A stretch of DNA of 64,000 nt from Raja brachyura (taxonomy: Eukaryota): the NCBI GenBank assembly GCA_963514005.1, contig OY740804.1, positions 33,790,001 to 33,854,000 of the forward strand, written 5' to 3'. The position numbers and the translations under genes are program-made. The notes beneath the pieces are model-generated. The model saw nothing but the letters and a program-made list of their open reading frames with translations. It made no database searches and had not been told where the DNA came from. This document shows positions 40,332 through 52,904 of the stretch, one piece after another (position 1 is the stretch's first letter; each line of letters starts with the position of its first letter).

Positions 40332-40705
40332 ACTCATTCCTTCAATCCAGAGATGTTGCGTGTCCTGCTGAGTTACTCCAGCATTCTGTCTCTATCTCCC
40401 GTAAAAACTAAGCTGCGCTCCGCAGTTTAAGATTCTCGCAAAGGTAATCCACCGCGATCACATTGCCAACTAGACCATCACCCTTCTTTCCTATCTCAAT
40501 ATAAACTGCACCTACACCCTCACGATCAGCCTCGTTGGTTGGATTGCCCCACTCGCTTCCTCCCTCAGCGACTGCATTACTGCTGTCTACATTGTGTTGA
40601 CATGTTGGGAACGAGGAAAACGTAGATACAAATCTGACCAAAAACAGCTATAGGTTGAATGACCACTGCTACAGTATTTGACTTTATTGATAAAGGGATA
40701 ATGTA

Positions 40706-41147
40706 AATAATAATAATAATAATAATAATACATTTATTTGCATAGCACGTTTAAAAACAACTCACGTTGACCAAAGTGCTTCACATCAGCAGATGCAGGT
40801 ACTAATTTGATACATACAACTGTAGACAGACCTAACAATACAAACATAAACTGTTTACAGCGCCCCATCAGAGGGGCTCAAAAATGCTTGGGAGTAGAAA
40901 TAGGTTTAGAAATGGAGGGGGCAGTTCTGATGAGGAGCGGGATGCTGTTCCACAGTTTAGGTGCTGTTTAGGTCACCCCTGAGCTTAAACTTAGACCGTG
41001 AGATAGTCGGTAGCCCCAAGTCGGCCGACCTGAGGGAACTGGAGGTAGAATGGTTGGTTAGAAGATTTTTGATATGGGGCGGGAAGGGGCAGGCCCGTTA
41101 AGGGCTTTGTAAACGAATAAGAGGAGCTTGAAGTTGATTCTGTACCA
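40706..41147 (-). mobile_element. L2-like LINE 3' fragment with (aat)n tail
   Basis: Minus strand: LLLFVYKALNGPAP..SLRSAD..APKLWNSIP; tail also seen at about 4240-4300. Confidence 0.7.
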
Positions 41148-42573
41148 TCACAGTGGTGCAGTTGGAAGAGCTACTACCTCACAGCTGGTAGAGACCGGGC
41201 TCGATCCTGACCTTGTGCGGAGTTTACATCTTCTCCCGTTGACTGCATGGGATTCCTTCAGGCGCTCCAGTTTCCTCCTGCATCCTAAAGATTTGTAGGT
41301 TAATAGGTTTCTGTAACTCGCTCCTAGTGTGAAGGGAGTGGAAACGAAAGTGGGATAGCAGGGAAATAGTATGTGCAGGTGATTGATGGACAGCGTGGAC
41401 CCAGTGGGCTGTTTCCGTGCTGCATCTTATAGTGCAATCAATTATCACAGTCACAGCTTCACACAGGAGTATAAATGAGCCGATGGTCCATTGCGTCCGT
41501 GCTGACAGCAACACCCATTTACAGTAATCCCATGTTATTCTTCCCACATTCCAATCAATTCCCTCCACGCTACACACAATCTATAGAGGCAAATCAATCG
41601 ACTAACCTGCACGTTTTAGGAAGGTGGGAGGAAACTAGACCATCTTGTGGTAAACCGCATGGAGCATACAGCATGTAAACTCCATATAGGCAGCATCAGA
41701 GGTCAGGATTAAACCTGGGTTCTTGGAGTTGTGAGTCCGCAGCTTCACCAGCTGTGTTGCTTAGCCATTCCTATATTCTATAATAAACAGAAAAAAAATA
41801 TGATCTAAGATCATGAAAGCTGCAGGGAAAGTTAATCACTGACAAGCAGAAAATAAAGAATTCAGATTGCATGTGATACATGTATTAAATCTGGAGCATT
41901 ACAAGCCCAGCTTTATTTAGGTAATATAAGTGAGTGAATTTCGAACAGTCGAATTTGGCATCTATTTCAGAATGGGTAGTAACTGCATTAAAATAAACAC
42001 CATCTATTCGTTCTCTAATAGCACCAATCGTGAAGTATCATTGTCTGTCTGTAGGATGGACCTTCTGTTATTATTTATTGACTAAGTATGGCAGAGGTCA
42101 GTTTAGTGAGCAGGCACAGCTCGCCTGCCAAAAGCTCTTATAAGGACACGCTGCCTCAGAATTCATCAGTCTGTGATGGGCATGGATGTTCTGACAGATG
42201 CTGCCAATTGAGAAACTCACAGCAGGAGCATTTACTTAGGAAAAATGACCTCACAGAGTATATCAGAGTATGTAGTGTTACATAAGTGCTGAATGTACAC
42301 AAACACCAGTGACCTAAATATATACACACATATGTAATATTGTATACGTCTCCTATGATTAATTTTATCTTAAGTATTCTGAAAGATGTCATCACTGCTA
42401 TGAAAGGGCTGTCTTTCTGTAATGCACTACATGTTTGAGCAGGTATAAATATATGTACTGAGGGAAATGTAGGTCACAGCCTTTGTGGACAAACGCCATA
42501 ATGTTAGATTACGGCAATACAGGTTTCAGGCTTTCATTCACTTGCAGATTCTGAGCAACATTGCTCATTATGT

Positions 42574-42707
42574 NNNNNNNNNNNNNNNNNNNNNNNNNNN
42601 NNNNNNNNNNNNNNNNNNNNNNNNNNNNNNNNNNNNNNNNNNNNNNNNNNNNNNNNNNNNNNNNNNNNNNNNNNNNNNNNNNNNNNNNNNNNNNNNNNNN
42701 NNNNNNN
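42574..42707. other. Assembly gap (N run) in APOBEC2 intron 1
   Basis: Run of N. Confidence 0.98.
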
Positions 42708-43479
42708 GTCAGTTCCACAGCTGGTGGATCTGCTGCCTCACGGCATCAAAGACCCAGGTTCAATCCTGACCTTGGTTGCCGTCTGTGTCAAGTTGCACGC
42801 TCTCCCTGTGGCTGCACGGGTTTCCTCTGATCTGGTTTCCCCACATCTCAAAATGTGCAGATTGTAGGTTAATTGTCCTCTAGAAAATTGTCCCTATCAT
42901 GTAGGGAGTGGATGCCAAAATGAGATAATGTAGAACTAGTGTGAACGTTTGTTCCATAATCGGCATGGAGTCAGTAGGACAAAGGGCTTAGAGTCATAGA
43001 TTCAAAGTGATACAATGTGGAAACAGGCCTTTCAGCCCAACCTGCCCTCACTGGCCATCATGTCCCACCGACACTAGTCCCACCTGCCCGCATTTGGTCT
43101 ATATCCTTCCAAACCTGCCCTGTCCATATACCTGTCTGTTTCTTAAATGTTGGGGTAGTCCCTGCCTCAACTACCTAGCTTGTCTGAAAAAGTTACCCCT
43201 CAGTTTGCTATTAAATTTTGTCCCCTTCACCTTAAATCTCTGTCCTCTGGCTTGTTTCCAGGCATGCTGCATTTTTCAATCAATCTATGTGTAGGATGTT
43301 CAAATAAATATTGAATATTAAATTAATATTTGAATATTAAATAGGGACACATGAAACACGAAATGCTGGAAGTTTGAGCATAAAACAAAATTCTGGATGA
43401 ATGGAGTGTGTCAGGCAGCCTCTGTGGAGCGATTGAAAAGATGACGCTTTGGGTCGGAAGCATCCTAGACTGGTTGAGT

Positions 43480-45130
43480 TATATATTAATGATTTAGATG
43501 ATGGGATTAAAAGTAACACTAGCAAATTTGCAGATGACACAAAGCTGAGTGGCAGTGTGAACTGCGAAGAGGATGCAAGGAAGTTGCAGGGTGACTTGGA
43601 CAGGTTGAGTGAGTGGGCAGATGCACGGCAGATGCAGTATAATGTAGATAAATGTGAGGTTATCCACTTTGGCAGCAAGAACAAGGAGGCAGATTATTAT
43701 CTCAATGGTGTCAGATTAGGAAAAAGAGAAGTGCAACGAGGCCTGGGTGTCCTTGTACACCAGTCACTGAAAGTAAACATGCAGGTAAAGCAGGCAGTGA
43801 AGAAAGCTAATGGCATGTTGGCCTTCATGACGACAGAATATGAGTATAGGAGTAAAGAAGACCTTCTGCATTTGTACAGGGCCCTGGTGAGACGACACCT
43901 GGAGTATTATGTGCAATTTTGGTCTCTTAATTTGTGGAAGGACATCCTTGCTATTGAGGCAGTGCAGCGTAGGTTCACGAGGTTAATCCCCGGCAGGCAC
44001 GTAAATCGCTATTAAAATATGGCGGGGACCGGGGGACAGAATTTCTTGGCAGCCGCGCAAGCATGCGCACTCACACACACACACGCGCCTGGGAGGCTTT
44101 GGAGGCTCAATCCAGCGCTAAATGCAGCTCAACTCTGCCTGTCTCGCCGGGTTAACCTACAGCCCTGCCTGGACTGACGGGACACCAGCGCTGCTTCTCC
44201 TCGCTGGCTGTAAACCGGGGCCATATTTCCCGTAAGCCCAGGCAGGGCTGTAGGCTAACCTGGCGGGACAGGCAGAGTTGAGCTGGGTTTAGCGCTGCTT
44301 CTCTGCGCTGGCTGTGGGCCTGGGGGCACCGCGCCCGTCTAACTACCGATGTCTCTGGCCACCCTCGGGCATTGGGAGGGGGCACTCAGGTGGGGACGGG
44401 ACAGCGCTGGGAAAAGTGTTTCGGCACGCCTCCCTCCTCCAATCACCGTGCTGAATTATCATGTTCTGGCCCCATTGCCTGCTGACTAACGTCTCTCTCA
44501 TCCAATCAGCGCCCTCGATCAGCAGTCTCACCCCCACTGTCTCGCGGAAAGCGGAGATTTCACCGTTTTTAAAAATCCGGATTACAAAAAATGGGGGGGG
44601 GGGGAACGACTGTCCCCCACCTTGCAAAACGTGTCCCACCTGCTCCCCCCAGGATTTCCGCCCCTGATCCCCGGGATGGCAGGACTGTTATATGAGGAAA
44701 GATTGGAAAGACTGGGCTCATATTCACTGGAATTTAGAAGGATGAGAGGGGATCTTATAGAAACATATAAAATTATAAAAGGACTGGACAAGCAAGATGC
44801 ACGAAAAATGTTCCCAATGTTGGGAGAGTCCAGAGCCAGGGCCACAGTGTAAGAATAAAGGGGAGGCCATTTAAAACTGAAATGAGAAAAAACTTTTTCA
44901 CCCAGAGTTGTGAATTTGTGGAATTCTCTGCCATAGAAGGCAGTAGAGGCCAATTCACTGGATGGATTTTAAAGAGAGTTAGAGCTCTTGGGGCTAGCGG
45001 AATCAATGGATACGGAGAGAAGGCAGGCACGGGTTATTGGTTGTGGATGATCAGCCATGATCACAATGAATGGCGGTGCTGGCTTGAAGGGACAAATGGC
45101 TTCCTCCTGCATCTATTTTCTATGTTTTCT
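43480..45130 (+). mobile_element. CR1/HER1-like LINE 3' fragment split by a hAT MITE
   Basis: ORF 43449 YINDLD/KFADDTK...RRFTRLIPG resumes at 44667 as IPGMAGLLYEERL. Confidence 0.92.
43994..44666 (+). mobile_element. Non-autonomous hAT MITE
   Basis: Imperfect TIR CAGGCACGTAAATC / GATTTCCGCCCCTG; perfect 8-bp TSD atccccgg (43986-43993, 44667-44674). Confidence 0.9.
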
Positions 45131-47052
45131 ATGAAAACAAATCTGCAGATGCTGGAAATCCTAATTAAAGGCCTTTTGAATCTCAGTTTCAGCATTGTTT
45201 TCCTCCCTGTCTCCTGTGTTTTCATTCATCTTCTTCTATTTATACTTATTGCAGACAAATCAACTAACGAGGCAGACCTTCAACAACCTTGAGCCAGCCT
45301 ACAGCATCACTAGTTTGTTCACTTTCTTGCACAGATATTCCCTCTGCTCTCTCCACCCCTCTCCTTCTCTGTGATTGAAAATATTTCAACCCCTTCCCTT
45401 GATGAAAGGTGCTTTGGCCTGAAAATTTTAGACGGTTTTCCCTCCACAAAGGCTACCTGAACCACCATGATCTTTTGGCAATTTCTCATTCTCCATTTTC
45501 CCTGCTAGTCATTAAGATTTTCTGTCTCCTCCTTCATCTACAGGGAGAGATACCAATGAATCTACCATCTATAGATATGCAAGGGTGCATAGATTCAGCT
45601 TCAGGAGGCTGGGGCGAGGACCTTTATAAATTATGCTGGAAAGATATATCAAAAAAGTACTTCATGAAACCATGAGCATTTATTTACCAAATTGTTTCTA
45701 TCTGTCTATCATAAACTAGGATGTTTAATGAGTGTTGTGGACATTTTGTTTTTCCTACCAGTTCAGAAGACTGAATTAATAACATTGTATGAGTTTTATA
45801 GTTAATGAAATAAATAAATAAACATGCAATACTATTCCATTAATGTTTTTGGGCATTTTCTTTAATAATAATGAACCTTTTTGTCCAGAGAGATTTTACA
45901 AAAGTATTTCAAATCATCTTCAAATCAGTGAAAATTGACTTTTCAGGTTCGCACTTGCAAAAAATCTAGAGTGTGATTTTCCTGCGATTTGTAATGTTAT
46001 TTAATCATTTAACTCTATCATCCAACACTGGGCCCACTTCCACCATGAACAGTGAATTCCACTAAAAAAGCAGACCAAGTATCCTTCACCTATTCCATAT
46101 AAATGAATTAAAGACATATGGAAACAACAAAAATACTGTAGATGGAGTCATAAAGTAATAGTGTGGAAAGAGGCCCTTCAGCCCAACTTGCCCACACCGG
46201 CCAACATGTCCCACCTGCCCGTGTTTGGTCCATATCCCTCCAAACCTTTTTCAGACTGAGATGTAGTCTGTGATAATTCTTGGCAAATGTCAGTTTGGGT
46301 CCATTACTCATTTTTAATTTTATAAATCGAGGTTTTCAGGATTATGAAATGGTTTGGAGGGAAGATAAAGAAAAACCATACCCTCTGGGAACTGGTCAGC
46401 TACTTGAGGTCATAGATTCTAAAACCTTGAGAAAAGATCTTCTTGAGAGCAGGATTTTACTTTTTATTTCAGTTCAGGACAATGGTTCAGCTTGTAGAAC
46501 AGCTGCTTCAGAGACCCTGTGAAACATGTTTGATCCTAATCTTAGGGTGTTGTTTCTTTGCAGTTTGCAGGTTCACCTTGTACTGAACCAACTAATGTGT
46601 CTTTGCAGGCGCCGGGCAATACCTACGCAGACACCACTGGCCCAATTGATCTTCTTCTTCTGAACCTGTGTTATGTGCAGGGGAAAAGGCCGGGCTGTTT
46701 TCCCTTTTAAATCTGCCCTTCTTCCCTGTGTAGGCCAGGTGGTGAAGGGCGACATCAGTGCCTCCTCCTGTTGAGATAAGGAGAGTTAAAAATACATTTG
46801 AAATTCCATTTCATTCAGCTGCAGCAATGAACACAGGAAAACAGTCGCAGGCTTCACTGGGGAAACATGTAGGGAGGGGCAGAGATCTGAAAAAAGAACA
46901 ACTGACTCTTGATCCGTCGATGACACTAGAGTTATTGTGCTCATCTCACTGATCTCATCTAAAGCCTTCAGCGTTGCCATTTGTTGTTGATCATTTCATT
47001 CTTGCCACAGTACACAGTACATGTGTCAGAGGTTATGAGGAGAATAGGGTTA

Positions 47053-47370
47053 AAGCCTTGTCCCACTGTACGAGTTCATTCAAAGAGTTCTCCCGAGTTT
47101 GCCCTGATTCAAACTCGGAGATTTACGGTAATGGCCGCTCGTCGGTACTCGGGGCTCTCGTGGACATTTTTCAACGTTGAAAAATCGTCACGAATCTTCC
47201 CGAGTTTACCACGTTTCCCGAGTACCTGTCGTTAGCGTTACAAGCCACTAGGAGACGTCCCCGAGCTCCGATGTACCCACTACGTTCATTCTACGTGCTT
47301 ACCACGAGTTTGATTTTTTTTTTAAACTTGGGAGAGCACTTGAATGAACTCGTACAGTGGGACAGGGCTT
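47053..47370. mobile_element. PIF/Harbinger-type MITE (same family as 34173-34488)
   Basis: TIR aagcc(t/c)tgtcccactgtacgagttcattcaa; TTA TSD (47050-47052, 47371-47373). Confidence 0.88.
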
Positions 47371-48363
47371 TTAGGAGGGAGAGATAGATCAGCCATGAAT
47401 TAGTGGCGGAGTAGACTTGATGGGCCGAATGACCTAATTCTACTCGTATCACTTATGAGTACTCTGACCATACGTGACAGGGATATTTGATGCATTTAAA
47501 AAAAGTATATAGATAATTATTTATCTGTATATCTCAAAGTGTATCATTTATAATTTACATTACAGCTTACTTGTTGTTTCTCATGCAGACACACAATCTC
47601 TTTCTCAGCCCCATCTCATAATTAGCATTGAGATAAATGCTAGTCATTGTGGGTGTGGTGATGCTGGTTGTTTTCCAGAGCTACACAATTGCATTGAACA
47701 TTTATCTTTGCTCAAGCCCGAGACTCCCTTTCCTCACAGAAGATTTTTAAAGTTAAAATATATCAGCAAAGAGAAATTATTGGAGAAAGTAACTTTTGAT
47801 CAAAGGCTTCCAAAGGGCCTGCTCCTGTGTAGAGTGATATTGTCTATGACTACAAAGAAAAAATGCCTTAGGCTTGTTAGCACTATATCGCAGGATTTTT
47901 TTAAATAATTAACTGCTGAGGAACCAGATTCCTGATTCTGGTGCAACATCAGCAGATTGATGGGGGAAGCAAACGTAACATTTATTTAAAGGATGAAGGG
48001 GAATAGAGAATGATGAACCTGGTAACCTTACACCCGTTAGCAGTAAAATACTTGAATACGTAATTATGGTCATGTTGAAAGACCATTCCCAAACTCTAAG
48101 TTTGACTAGACAGAATCCACAGGGTTTTTTTGGGGGGGAAAACAAGTTTGAGAAATCTAATAAAAAATGTAGAAGATTTATCAGACAGGGTAGATAAGAA
48201 AAAAAATCTGGATTTTTGAAAGACATTTGATAAGGTGCTGCACATTTGAATTAAATTATAGTAAAGATGAAAGTCATTTTCTTGTTGGCAAGCATTTAAC
48301 ATTTAAAATGGTTGTTTGATTGAGACAACATCTTATTTTGTTCATGCACCTTCTAATTTCCAG

Positions 48364-48898
48364 ACAGCAGATGCCTTCCCCTTTCTTCAAGTTCCAGTTT
48401 AAAAATGTAGAATATTCTTCTGGGAGGAATAAAACATTTTTGTGCTATTCAGTGGAAGAGCAGGGTGCGGAGTGTCAGAAAACTGAAGGATATGTGGAGG
48501 ACGAGCACACAACTATGCATGCTGAAGAGGCCTTCTTCACAGACGTCTTCAAGGAGTGTGATGGCAAGCTGAAGTATTCCATCATTTGGTACGTGTCCTC
48601 CAGTCCCTGTGCGGCCTGTGCTTCCAAAATTGTAGAGTACCTGAAGAAGAGTCCCAACGTCTCTCTCACCATTTTCATGGCCCGATTATTCATGTGGGAA
48701 GAGCCCGAGATACAACAAGGCCTGAAGCTACTGAAAGCCGCTGGTTGCCGTTTGAGGATCATGAAGGCTCCCGAGTACAACTACTGCTGGAACACCTACG
48801 TCGAAAATGAGGGGGAATCGTTCGCACCCTGGGAAGACCTACCAACCAGCAGCTTGGCTTATGAAGGGATTCTTAATGACATTCTACAACATGCCTAG
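48364..48898 (+). CDS. APOBEC2: APOBEC2 coding exon 2 (zinc-dependent cytidine deaminase-fold domain)
   Basis: Acceptor ttctaatttccag|A completes Gly. FFKFQFKNVEYSSGRNKTFLCY, HAEEAFF, WYVSSSPCAACA, RLFMWEEPEIQ and PWED are diagnostic of APOBEC2. Stop TAG 48896-48898; spliced product about 215 aa. Confidence 0.97.
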
Positions 48899-49099
48899 AA
48901 GGGTGAGGCTTTTGGCTTGTACCCGAATAATAGGGGTTGCCACAGTCTGATGCTTTCTCCTCCATCTCCCCCCCTCCCCACCCCCACCCCGTATGTGTGC
49001 CGTGAGCACTCTTGTTTGTTGTGATTGATTTATACAAGGAAAGGCAAGAGCAATGTTGTTAATATTGGACATTTGGTTAACATTTTATTGATTTATGCC

Positions 49100-49105
49100 A
49101 ATAAA
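49100..49105 (+). terminator. Candidate APOBEC2 poly(A) signal (unspliced 3' end)
   Basis: AATAAA about 200 nt after the stop. Confidence 0.4.
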
Positions 49106-51429
49106 AATGAGTGGTGAGCAGGAATGAGCCTTGTGGTACCAATCCCACGTTTTAAAGTGTTTCCAGAGTTTCTACGAGAGGAGACAGGCACTCCAACTCT
49201 GAACACCCTACCTCTGTCTACAGCTTGAGGGAATCCGTAATACTCTCTGGTCTGGATGAATGCAAGCATGGTGCAAAGATTGCTATGCCAATGAGGGTGG
49301 TATTCGCTTTGTGGTCTGCCAGACTGTATCTCTACATTATCCTCTCAGTGAACAAACACAGGAAACAGAAGAAAAATCTTCCTTTGATTCATGGCAAGAA
49401 TCAATAATTTTTTTTCACCAAATAACCAATGTTAAAATGCTTGCGTTAAAAACGGGTTTGACAACAGAGAGCCTACAGTGTTTTTGTTAGATGGTTGGGA
49501 TAGTGTGACGATGTGTATGTCAAGTTTCACCAACCCTGCTCCCGATCATGGTTTGCATCTACAGACAGGCAGAACAGGACAATTTTCAGAACTGTACCAT
49601 AAAGGGCATAAACATTACTAAATAATAACAACAGGAAAAGATAGGAAAGCTTACAGCTGAGAATCTCAAATTAATCTCACTGGTGTATAACCTTCAATTA
49701 AAGTAGGATTTACAGGTGAGGGATGATTGGAGCAGGGTGGAACAAACTAAGCGCTAATTTAAGGTTATATTTGTATTTGCAGAAGCAATAATTTTATGCT
49801 CTTTTTCATCGTTTAATTTCAGAGCCATAGTGTGATACTGTATGGAAACAGGCCTTCAGGCCGATCTTGCATACACCAGCTGCCCGCATTTGGTCCATAT
49901 CTGTCCTATCCATGTACCTTTCTAACTGATTCATAAATGTTGTGATAATCCCTGCCTCAACTACCTTCTCCAGTAGTTTGTTCCATACAGCCACCACCAT
50001 TTGTGTGAAAAGGTTACCCCTCAGATTCCTATTAAACCATTTCCCCTTCACCTCAAACCTATGATTTCGACCTCTAGTCCTCGATTCCCCACTCTGGGCA
50101 AGAGTCCTACCCCATCTATTCCTCTCATGATCTTATTATACACCTTTATTAGATCACCCCTCATCCTCCTGCATTCCAAGGAATAGAGACCCAGCCTACT
50201 CAACCTCTCCCTATCGCTCAGAACCTCTAGTCCTGGCAACATCCTCGTAAATCTAAGTTTTGTTTAGTTGCAAATCTTGAGACATGTAAAATACAAGAAT
50301 TATTCAGGTCAGGCAGCATCCGTGGAACAAGAAACAGTTAGCCATTCAGAATAAAGAATATTCTTTGATTTTAATTTGCTTTTAAGACATATGATGGAAA
50401 TTGCCAGACTGAGGAGCGACAGCACTCCACTGGTGGGAGGGTGTAACTATGACAACTTCATGCAGGCAGCAATGGAGTCATAGAATTTAAAATGGAGAGC
50501 AGTGAAACTGAAAGTATGGCAAAAATGTTACAACACCAAGCTAGAGTATTTTTGAAGAGCATATGTACAGACCTAGGATTTGTAATTTATTTCACGGAAA
50601 GTTACATATTTACATTGTGAATACATAGTGGTACAATTACTGATTTGTCCTACTAGAAATTTAAAGTATTTTGAGTTGCATATGCCAGGGTGTAATATCG
50701 ATGCATGCAGTTTTATCACAGGTGCAAGTGTGACAGATTAAAGGCATCATTTGCTAACATAATGAAGAACTTTCAACTGCATTGACTCAAGTGTGATTTT
50801 TTTTCTAACAGGCTGAAACTCCCCAGTGTGCATTTTTTTGCAGGGGATATTATAATTTTATAACATCAGAGATGCTCATAACTATATTGAGAGCAGCCTC
50901 CATGTTCTCCAGCTCCGTGAGGGAGAAGCTGAATGCTTCTATGGGAGGGAACTGGGAGAAAACAGTCCCTCGGCTGAGGTAAATATCCAACATAAAAAGT
51001 TACGGAATATTACCAAGCAACCATATTTTGCAAGAATATATATTTAAATAACCCTTATCAAATAGGTAGCTGTGAAAAGTCTGAAAATAATCCCTACATT
51101 AGGTGCAACAGTGTCACACTGGCTTCATCACTACCAAAAGGTGATGTCAAAACGGAACAAAACGGCACAGTGAATTTACACCTCAGGTATCTCTACATGC
51201 ATAATGCTGTTCAAATGTCCAATGTAAAAAAATCATACCTTCTGATAACTGGATAGAGCAGCCATTTTATATTATTACATCAGTCTAGCTACTACTCATT
51301 ACAAGCCAAGTCTTTGGTGTTGTAAAACTCTACCTCCATTTCAAATTCACTTTTAAAATTCCACACTGCTGTGGAGGCCACGTTAATGGATATTTTTAAG
51401 GAGGAGATTGACAGATTCTTGATTAGTAA

Positions 51430-51670
51430 AGGGGCTGTCCCACTTGGGCGACCTAATCCACGAGTTCTGGCGAGTTTGCCCTCGACTCGTACTTACAGCA
51501 TGGTCAACACGAGGTCGTAGGAGGTCTTTGTAACTCTCCTTCATGCTCGAGAGTAGTTCCCGTGTACTCGAGGCCTCAGCCAGGTCGCGGCGTATTTTTC
51601 AACATGTTGAAAAATGCCTGCGTGTAAAAAATGGTCGCCATGAAAAATCGATACTTTTTTTACTTTCGAC
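51430..51670 (+). mobile_element. Truncated Harbinger-type MITE relative
   Basis: Left end ggggctgtcccactt after TAA; internal palindrome tttttcaacatgttgaaaaa; no right TIR. Confidence 0.6.
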
Positions 51671-52904
51671 TAAATAGATTAAATAGATTCCTGCCATTCC
51701 ATGTATAGACAGGCTAGAGGATGGTGTGATCTTGAAGAAGTGCAGAATAGATTTTCTATAGTAATACTTTGATTTCAAAGTTTAAATTGAAAGGAGATTT
51801 TACACAAAGATTCCAGAATGATTATACTCTGCAAGATCTTAAGGGACACTGATAAGGATAAACTATTTTTGATGGTTCTAGGGAAACTGATAGGGATAAA
51901 CTATTTTTTATGGTTCTCTGACAAAGTTAGAACCGATTTTTTCAGATTTACCTTGGGAGAGATTCAGAGTACTGACAAATATGGACTTCTCAGTACATGT
52001 ATTTTCCCACGTGTATCAATTGCTACATTTAAATCTTTTACAGATTTTTATAGAGTGGTATTAAAGAACATAAGTCAATGGTGGGTATATGAAGTTAGTT
52101 TGCAGGAAAGGTTAAATAGAAAAACTGCCTTGAGAGGAAAAGCACCCAATTCTGTTTCTCTCCTTCAGAATGAAAAGTGCATAGAACATACTCACACTGT
52201 TGTGATATGCAGTAGTTGCATTGAAACGTTCTATCAGGGCAAACTAGCAGGGCAAAGCTTTTAGTACTCATTTGCAAACAAAATGGTTAATATTTAGAGG
52301 ACAATTTGCAGCCATGTTGAGAGAGATTTCTGTCCAGACTGCAGTATCACAATCATATATGAGGGAACTTGATCCAAGTAGCATCAGCTGTTCCTGTCAA
52401 GTTCAGTTTTCATTCCATCAGATTGTCTCTGGCACCAGCAGCTATTTTTGTTTCATTTTAACTTTGGAAGATTTATGGCTTCATTGGACCAAGGTTATCA
52501 TTGTTTGGTGGTTTGAAACCATGCTTGTTTCAAGAGCCATCTTAGCAAAAGATTTTAAGCAGATGTTTTTCGCAAATACAGAAAACATGCACAGATCAGA
52601 CTTTGAAATCAAAGTGACGTGAAGAGATACAATGCATACACCCCTCGTTATAATGAACCATGGTGGGGGTGGGGCGAGGAATTGGTAGCTGTTATTGGTG
52701 ATTGTCCGCTATAACGAAAGGGGGTAAATATGTACAGTATTGGAAGAACAACCAATAAACACACTAAACTGGACAATCAATAGGAAAGGACACAAATTAC
52801 ATAACACTTTAAACATTGTAAATAAAAGTTTGCATACTGTAAGATTTGCTCCAACCACCTAGTGGTCACTCTGTGAAATAGCAAACTCAGTCAATGGACA
52901 ATTG

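Noticed and set aside
46608-46712. Exon-like segment after tctttgcag in APOBEC2 intron 1
   Set aside because: No recognisable peptide, in-frame stops, no good donor; exon 1 joins exon 2 in frame without it
48320-48363. ORF-track N-terminus MRQHLILFMHLLIS as the APOBEC2 start
   Set aside because: It is intronic polypyrimidine/acceptor sequence with a non-ATG start; the real start is exon 1 at 39029
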